Shown here in pieces: positions 58,531 to 64,000 of a stretch of DNA of 64,000 nt (position 1 is the first letter of the stretch; each line of letters starts with the position of its first letter). Origin of the DNA: Cytophagia bacterium (GTDB taxonomy: Bacteria > Bacteroidota > Bacteroidia > UBA7662). The stretch lies in NCBI GenBank assembly GCA_009926405.1, contig RFOZ01000001.1, positions 3,261 through 67,260 of the forward strand, given 5' to 3'. A program made the translations under genes and the position numbers. A model generated the notes under the pieces. That model was not told the origin of the DNA. It made no database searches and saw nothing but the letters and a program-made list of their open reading frames with translations.

Positions 58531-60732
58531 ATGCATGACTTATTCAAGATATCCCTTGGCCGCATGGCCAGGTTCTCGGTCGTTTTCAGCTCGTTCCAAT
58601 TTCAAGTGAAGTACGGTTTGATGGCTCTCGGTTTAGTTCTTTGGGCCGGAAGGACCCTTGCCCAAGACCAGCCCCTTCGTTACCCCGACACTCGCAGGGT
58701 GGATCAAGTGGATACCTACTTTAATCAGGTTGTCGAAGATCCCTACCGCTGGCTCGAAGACGACCGATCCGAAGAAACAAGTGACTGGGTCCGTCGCCAA
58801 AATGAATTAACCTTTGGGTACCTGAAACAAATTACCTACCGTGATAAAATTCGGAAGCGCCTGGAGTCGCTTTGGAATTACGAAAAATATTCCGCCCCCT
58901 TTCAGGAAGGGGAATACACCTACTTTTACAAGAACAATGGTTTGCAAAATCAATCGGTGTTATACAGAGAATCTGCGGCCCAGCCCGGTGTGGCCGAGGT
59001 TTTTCTGGATCCAAATCTTTTTTCAAAGGACGGAACTTCATCGCTGGCCGGAATTCAGTTTTCGGAGGATGGTTCCTATTGCGCTTTTCAAATCAGCGAA
59101 GGGGGTTCGGATTGGCGTAAAGTGGTGGTCCTGAACACCAAAACACGGAAGCAAATGGGTGATACCTTGGTCGATGTCAAGTTTAGTTCCTTGGCCTGGA
59201 AAGGGCGTGAAGGGTTCTTTTACTCCAGTTACGACAAACCCCTTGATGGCTCGGCTTTGTCGGGCAAAACCCAGTTCCACAAATTGTATTACCATCGTTT
59301 GGATCAGCCCCAAAAAGCGGACCAACTCGTCTTTGGAGGAGAAGCCAATCCTTACCGCTACGTCGGTGCGGTGGTGAGCGAGGATGGTCGCTACCTCTTT
59401 ATTTCAGCCGCCCAAGCCACCTACGGCAACGAATTGTATTTCAAAGATTTGCATGCCAAAAATGCACCTATCCTGCCGATCATTCAAGGTCTGGAGAACG
59501 AAACCGATGTGGTGCATACGGAGGGTGATTCGGTTTATTTGTTGACCAACCTCAAGGCGCCCAATCGCCGTTTGGTATGGGTCAGCCTCAAGGCGCCGGA
59601 ATCCCGCTATTGGCAGGATGTCATTTCAGAAACCCAATCTCCATTGTCTGTTTCGGCGGTTGGAGGCTACTTTTTTGCGAATTATTTGCAAGACGCCGTC
59701 AGCAAAGTTTTTCAATTCAACCTCCAAGGGACCTTGGTTGCGGAGGTTAAACTACCCGGATTGGGAACGGCCTCTGGTTTTGGCGGGAAGCGTAAAGAAA
59801 AAATTTGTTATTATTCCTTCGCGTCCTATACCAGCCCTCCGGTTATCTACCGCTTGGATTTGTCGGATGGTGTATCGACTGTTTACAAGCAGAGCAAGGT
59901 TGATTTTGAACCGGATCAGTACGTAAGTACCCAGGTTTTCTACGAGTCCAAGGACGGCACCAAGGTTCCGATGATCTTGACGCATCGTAGGGATGTGGTG
60001 CCCAACGGGGACAACCCGGTTTTGCTCTACGGATACGGGGGATTTAACATTAGTTTGACGCCTTCATTTTCGGTTTCCAACCTCTTCTTTATGGAGCAGG
60101 GTGGTATCTATGCGGTAGCGAATCTGCGCGGTGGGGGAGAGTACGGGGACCGTTGGCACGATGCGGGCACCAAGATGCAAAAACAAAATGTATTTGATGA
60201 CTTTATATCCGCAGCCGAATGGTTAATTAACAACGGATACACCCAGTCGAGTCGTTTGGCCATTGCCGGGGGCTCTAACGGGGGGCTATTGGTGGGGGCT
60301 TGCATGACCCAACGCCCGGATTTGTTCAAGGTATGTTTTCCCGCGGTGGGGGTTTTGGATATGTTGCGCTATCACACCTTTACAGCTGGTGCCGGTTGGG
60401 CCTATGATTACGGTCGTTCGGACGATTCCGAGGCGATGTTTCAATACCTACGGGGCTATTCTCCGGTCCACAATGTCAAGGCCAAAACGTCCTATCCGGC
60501 GACCATGGTGACCACCGCCGATCACGACGACCGGGTGGTACCGGCGCATTCTTACAAGTTCATCGCTGAACTCCAAAGCAAGCAAAGCGGGCCATCTCCC
60601 GTTTTGATTCGTATTGATGTCAAGGCGGGCCACGGTGCAGGCAAACCTACTTCCATGATTTTGGACGAGGCCGCCGATAAGTGGTCCTTTATGTTCTATA
60701 ACATCGATTTTGAACCGTCTTTCAAGCGATAG
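58531..60732 (+). CDS. Prolyl oligopeptidase (S9A), probably exported; start may be further downstream
   Basis: DPYRWLED, YGYGGFN, GGSNGGLL (catalytic Ser), DHDDRV, AGHG; signal-like segment ending TLA|Q. Confidence 0.95.
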   Translation: MHDLFKISLGRMARFSVVFSSFQFQVKYGLMALGLVLWAGRTLAQDQPLRYPDTRRVDQVDTYFNQVVEDPYRWLEDDRSEETSDWVRRQNELTFGYLKQITYRDKIRKRLESLWNYEKYSAPFQEGEYTYFYKNNGLQNQSVLYRESAAQPGVAEVFLDPNLFSKDGTSSLAGIQFSEDGSYCAFQISEGGSDWRKVVVLNTKTRKQMGDTLVDVKFSSLAWKGREGFFYSSYDKPLDGSALSGKTQFHKLYYHRLDQPQKADQLVFGGEANPYRYVGAVVSEDGRYLFISAAQATYGNELYFKDLHAKNAPILPIIQGLENETDVVHTEGDSVYLLTNLKAPNRRLVWVSLKAPESRYWQDVISETQSPLSVSAVGGYFFANYLQDAVSKVFQFNLQGTLVAEVKLPGLGTASGFGGKRKEKICYYSFASYTSPPVIYRLDLSDGVSTVYKQSKVDFEPDQYVSTQVFYESKDGTKVPMILTHRRDVVPNGDNPVLLYGYGGFNISLTPSFSVSNLFFMEQGGIYAVANLRGGGEYGDRWHDAGTKMQKQNVFDDFISAAEWLINNGYTQSSRLAIAGGSNGGLLVGACMTQRPDLFKVCFPAVGVLDMLRYHTFTAGAGWAYDYGRSDDSEAMFQYLRGYSPVHNVKAKTSYPATMVTTADHDDRVVPAHSYKFIAELQSKQSGPSPVLIRIDVKAGHGAGKPTSMILDEAADKWSFMFYNIDFEPSFKR

Positions 60733-63700
60733 GATCCGTTGATTCCTCCTCGGCGTAAACCAAAGCGCCTGTGCTGGGGTAGCCTGCCTTTTGGAGGATA
60801 TCCAAGTATTGATCCAGTTGATCGCTGTGTTCCTTCCGGGGTCGGCCCGTTTTAAAATCCAAAACCCGGGCGCTTCCGTCTTGGGCCAGGAGAATGAGGT
60901 CCGGTTGGAGGCTACTACCGTCCGTCAACAAGACAGGGTGCTCCCGCAATACGGTGGAACCTTCTTCAAAGAATGGTGTCACTTCAGGTCTTAGGAGGAG
61001 GCTACGAGCCCATTGGCTGACTTTTTGTCGGAGGGCTGGTGCATAGGATTCATCGTTTTCCCAGTCTTGGATGACGGATTCTGATTTTTGTTGGTGGTGA
61101 ATCTTGGCCATGAGGCGATGCAAAAGCACGCCTGCTTCGATGGCTTCGGTCGTGAGATTGGGCCAGTGCATGTTATGCTTCAAGGCGACCGTGGTGTTTG
61201 GCAAGGTCCTAGGCATCGAAGCCAAGTCCTGTTGGGTTGCTATGGATTCTCCTTCCCCTTTTGATCCTTCCGGCATGAGCGCTTTTGAGTCCGGTTGAAG
61301 GCTCCAAGTTTCCGGTTCGCCGGGCCATTCAGGATTTCGTTCGGTCCGCGTCCACAAGGAGGGGTCCGGGTTCTGGCTTTGGGCAAATTGCCCCCAAATC
61401 TTGCCAAGGCTAAACACCGAGTCTTTTTTGCCGCTCCACGCTTCCGTCAGAATTTCCATATGGGTTTTGGCCCGGGTCAAGGCGACATAAAGGATGTTGA
61501 TGTAATCCAGGTCGTTGAGTTGGCCCTCGCTCTCGGCCAATGCCGCAAAGTCTTCCGGAGCGTTTTTGAGGGCAGAGGTTTCCACCAAATGAACCGGAAC
61601 CTCACCGGGTGGTACTTTTTCTTCCATGCCCCATGAATCAGCGGGAACATGTGAAATCCATTGATGAGCAAGAACGGGTTTTTTGTTGCGACGGTCCATT
61701 TCGGCCACCAAGACCACCGGGAACTGCAAACCCTTGGCACTGTGCACGGTCATTAATTGGACGGCCTCTTCGGAGGCGGACCCTTGAATTTTTATTTTGT
61801 GTCCTACCGTAAGCCACCAATCTTCCAGGTCTTGTACGCGGGGTCCCTTGGCGCATTGGTTGACCCATTCGTCCAAGAGTCTTTGAACAAAAGGGCTCGG
61901 TTCATTGGCCAGGTTCATGACCACCGCCAATTCCTGCATTTGGGCCGCAAGTGGCAGCGCAAGCAAGGAGGGAATATCCAAAGCAGGAAATCGATCCAAA
62001 AGGGCCGAATAGGCATTTCGAGAGGGGTCCTGGAGGTAAATTTCCAAATCCAAATCCTGGAGAAGGGCTTCTGAATGAACAGGATCTTGGGGTTGATGGA
62101 GGAAAAACCAGGCGTGGATTATCTGCCGTACCCTGGGGTTGAGTCCTAGCAGCAAGTTATCCGGGGATACGACCGCCTGACCCCGGCGAATAAGGCCTTG
62201 GGCCAAAGCGGATCCAGTACGGTTGGTACGGACCAAAACAGCGATGTCTCTGGCTTTGATCCCCTGTCTTTTGTATTCCTGAATTAAGTTGTAACACACC
62301 TCAACCCGATTGGCTTCCAAGCTTCGTTCGGGTATCGATGGATCAAAAGCCAAAACCCGGGTCCTGCCTTCCCAGGGCGGGTTGGTGATGGGGTTTAGAG
62401 GGTGTTCTTGTTCGACCTCCTGGTAGGTTGAAGACATGAGGCTTTCCCAATTTTGACGACACCATCCAAAAAATACATTGTTGAAATACAAGATATTATT
62501 TTGGGACCGGTAATTGATTTGCAAAGGAATTCCTTGGTATAGTTCGTCCCAGAGTTTGGACGCGGTGGAGTCCCAGCGCTTAGCAGGTAAAGCGGCCAAA
62601 AGCCGGGCATCGCCGTTGCGCCATCGGTAGATAGACTGCTTGACATCCCCGACCACCATCGCGGTGCCGCCCGATGCTAAACCATTATCCATCAGGGGTT
62701 CCAGGCACTGCCATTGCAAGAGACTGGTATCCTGAAACTCATCCACCAACATATTGAGGTAACGATGACCAACGCGATCACAGAGGTATTCCGGATGGGT
62801 TTTCTGGACCAGGTCGGCGAGTTGAAAGTAGAGAAAGTTCAGGGGCATTTTGACCTGGGCTCGGCTGTAGTCCGTAAAGTGTTGATACAAGGTGCCAAGC
62901 AGGGTGGTAGCGTAGCGCATCTCCAAGACAGCCTGCATTAGGGCGATATCCGGGGCAGCTGCTTTTTGTTGACCCAAAAAAATCTGTAGTCGGTCGACCC
63001 AGCTTTGAAATTCAGGCGGATGGGCGCCTTTTTTTAGGACTCTGTTTTGTTCGGTGAGCGCCTTGTCAACTTGGGAATGCAGTTTGTGTCCTTCGTTTTG
63101 TAGGTGCTTTTCTAAATGATAAATCAAGCCTTTGGCTCCATAATGAAGCTGTTCTGCTGAATATCCAGCCAAGGCTAAATCATCCAGCAAGGCACGAGAG
63201 CCCTCCCTTTGTTCGCGATGCTTTTCATCCAAAATATTGGCGAGCTGATCGTAATAGGCAGCGTAATCCGCCGGTTTTATTTTTTGGAGGGTTTCCAGGT
63301 AGGGGTAGGCCCTGTCCTGGAACAAGAACGAAGCATAGCGGACCAAAAGGTTACGGATGTTCCAGTTTTTTTCGTCCCTGTTGAGGTGTTGCGAAAAATT
63401 CAACAACAAGGTCGAAACGTCGTTTTCCTTTTGACCTACCTGGGCCAAAAAGGGTTCGATAGCCTCTTCGATAAGGGCATCTCGATCCAGCTCAATTTCA
63501 AAGTCCTGACCGCTGTGCAATTCCCGATAAAACGGACGAGCCATTTGGCTGATAAAGGAATCAATGGTGCCAATCGCAGCATCGCTGTACCGATGCAGCA
63601 TGGTCCGGTGCAGACGACGCGAACGATCCCGCAAAACCCCTGGTTCCAGTTTCAACGTTTTCAGGAGTTCGGACCGAATACTATCCTCCTTGAAGGCCAA

Positions 63701-63913
63701 GGTGTCGTCCGGACTTCCCATCTGCCTTAGTTGCTCCAAGATTCTTTTCCTCATTTCCTGAGCCGCCTTTTGGGTAAAGGTGATGGCCAAGGTTTGCCGA
63801 ACTGCCAAAGGGTCAGCCGAAGACAGCACCAGGCGCAGGTAAGTGGTAACAAGCTGGTGGGTTTTGCCAGAACCAGCCGAAGCCCGGTAAACCAATAGCC
63901 GTTTCGTTCCCAT
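60722..63913 (-). CDS. UvrD-like helicase with C-terminal PD-(D/E)xK nuclease (AddA-like)
   Basis: ASAGSGKT, AITFT.KAA.EM..RI, VDEFQDTS, VGDVKQSIYRWR, TVHSAKGL, YVALTRA, PD..LDFKTG..Q...Y. Confidence 0.9.
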   Translation of the reverse strand: MGTKRLLVYRASAGSGKTHQLVTTYLRLVLSSADPLAVRQTLAITFTQKAAQEMRKRILEQLRQMGSPDDTLAFKEDSIRSELLKTLKLEPGVLRDRSRRLHRTMLHRYSDAAIGTIDSFISQMARPFYRELHSGQDFEIELDRDALIEEAIEPFLAQVGQKENDVSTLLLNFSQHLNRDEKNWNIRNLLVRYASFLFQDRAYPYLETLQKIKPADYAAYYDQLANILDEKHREQREGSRALLDDLALAGYSAEQLHYGAKGLIYHLEKHLQNEGHKLHSQVDKALTEQNRVLKKGAHPPEFQSWVDRLQIFLGQQKAAAPDIALMQAVLEMRYATTLLGTLYQHFTDYSRAQVKMPLNFLYFQLADLVQKTHPEYLCDRVGHRYLNMLVDEFQDTSLLQWQCLEPLMDNGLASGGTAMVVGDVKQSIYRWRNGDARLLAALPAKRWDSTASKLWDELYQGIPLQINYRSQNNILYFNNVFFGWCRQNWESLMSSTYQEVEQEHPLNPITNPPWEGRTRVLAFDPSIPERSLEANRVEVCYNLIQEYKRQGIKARDIAVLVRTNRTGSALAQGLIRRGQAVVSPDNLLLGLNPRVRQIIHAWFFLHQPQDPVHSEALLQDLDLEIYLQDPSRNAYSALLDRFPALDIPSLLALPLAAQMQELAVVMNLANEPSPFVQRLLDEWVNQCAKGPRVQDLEDWWLTVGHKIKIQGSASEEAVQLMTVHSAKGLQFPVVLVAEMDRRNKKPVLAHQWISHVPADSWGMEEKVPPGEVPVHLVETSALKNAPEDFAALAESEGQLNDLDYINILYVALTRAKTHMEILTEAWSGKKDSVFSLGKIWGQFAQSQNPDPSLWTRTERNPEWPGEPETWSLQPDSKALMPEGSKGEGESIATQQDLASMPRTLPNTTVALKHNMHWPNLTTEAIEAGVLLHRLMAKIHHQQKSESVIQDWENDESYAPALRQKVSQWARSLLLRPEVTPFFEEGSTVLREHPVLLTDGSSLQPDLILLAQDGSARVLDFKTGRPRKEHSDQLDQYLDILQKAGYPSTGALVYAEEESTDPIA

Positions 63914-63920
63914 GGTCTTT

Positions 63921-63934
63921 CAAAGGTAATTTTA
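63921..63934. promoter_or_regulatory. Overlapping divergent -7 boxes
   Basis: TACCTTTG on the minus strand (63921-63928) 7 nt before the helicase ATG; TAATTTTA on the plus strand (63927-63934) 4 nt before ATG 63939. Confidence 0.5.
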
Positions 63935-63938
63935 CGTC

Positions 63939-64000
63939 ATGTTCTTGCGGTCGTCCTTTAGGGCTTGTTGGTTGGTTTTGGTTTACGGTGGTTTCAACGG
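63939..64000 (+). CDS. Possible start of a divergent gene, truncated by the window edge
   Basis: ATG in GTC-ATG context, open to the end of the window, MFLRSSFRACWLVLVYGGFN is signal-peptide-like. Confidence 0.3.
   Translation, partial: MFLRSSFRACWLVLVYGGFN

Noticed and set aside
50853..63913. EVE, xseB, NUDIX and helicase-nuclease as a defence island
   Set aside because: The genes are dispersed among housekeeping genes on different strands, EVE is not fused to a nuclease, the helicase is AddA-like, and no mobility genes are present.

Overview
Very compact housekeeping region of a Bacteroidota chromosome. The lineage call rests on the FtsZ C-terminus ending LHDNVD, fusA followed directly by rpsJ with no tuf, the rplQ-carA-eno order, TAnnTTTG (-7) promoter boxes, and starts that mostly lack a Shine-Dalgarno sequence. 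In order: the dcw cluster (murE partial, mraY, murD, ftsW, murG, murC, ftsQ, ftsA, ftsZ), split transhydrogenase pntA1/pntA2/pntB, gltA, pepP, the complete str-S10-spc-alpha ribosomal superoperon (including rpmD and rpmJ, which the ORF track missed), carA-eno-ftsB, DUF62-fabG-VWA-lipoprotein, phoH-purC, a long minus-strand run (EVE-pyrR-pyrB-rfbA-galE-glyA-acyltransferase pair), xseB, pyrE-GH3, NUDIX, hypothetical-DUF3822-rsmD-coaD, a B12-binding MerR (CarH/LitR-type) regulator with crtZ, a prolyl oligopeptidase and an AddA-like helicase-nuclease. I saw no RNA genes, CRISPR arrays, mobile elements or defence island, and I cannot claim a clearly new system. The best leads are: (i) glyA directly upstream of a glycine-lipid-type acyltransferase pair, with a GH3 amido-synthetase nearby; (ii) pyrE and NUDIX start codons overlapping head-to-head on one CATG, plus several apparently near-leaderless promoters; (iii) a stand-alone CarH-crtZ unit with a palindromic operator candidate; (iv) a 3-codon deletion in a conserved MurD motif; (v) a G-rich Kozak-like RYY-ATG start context.
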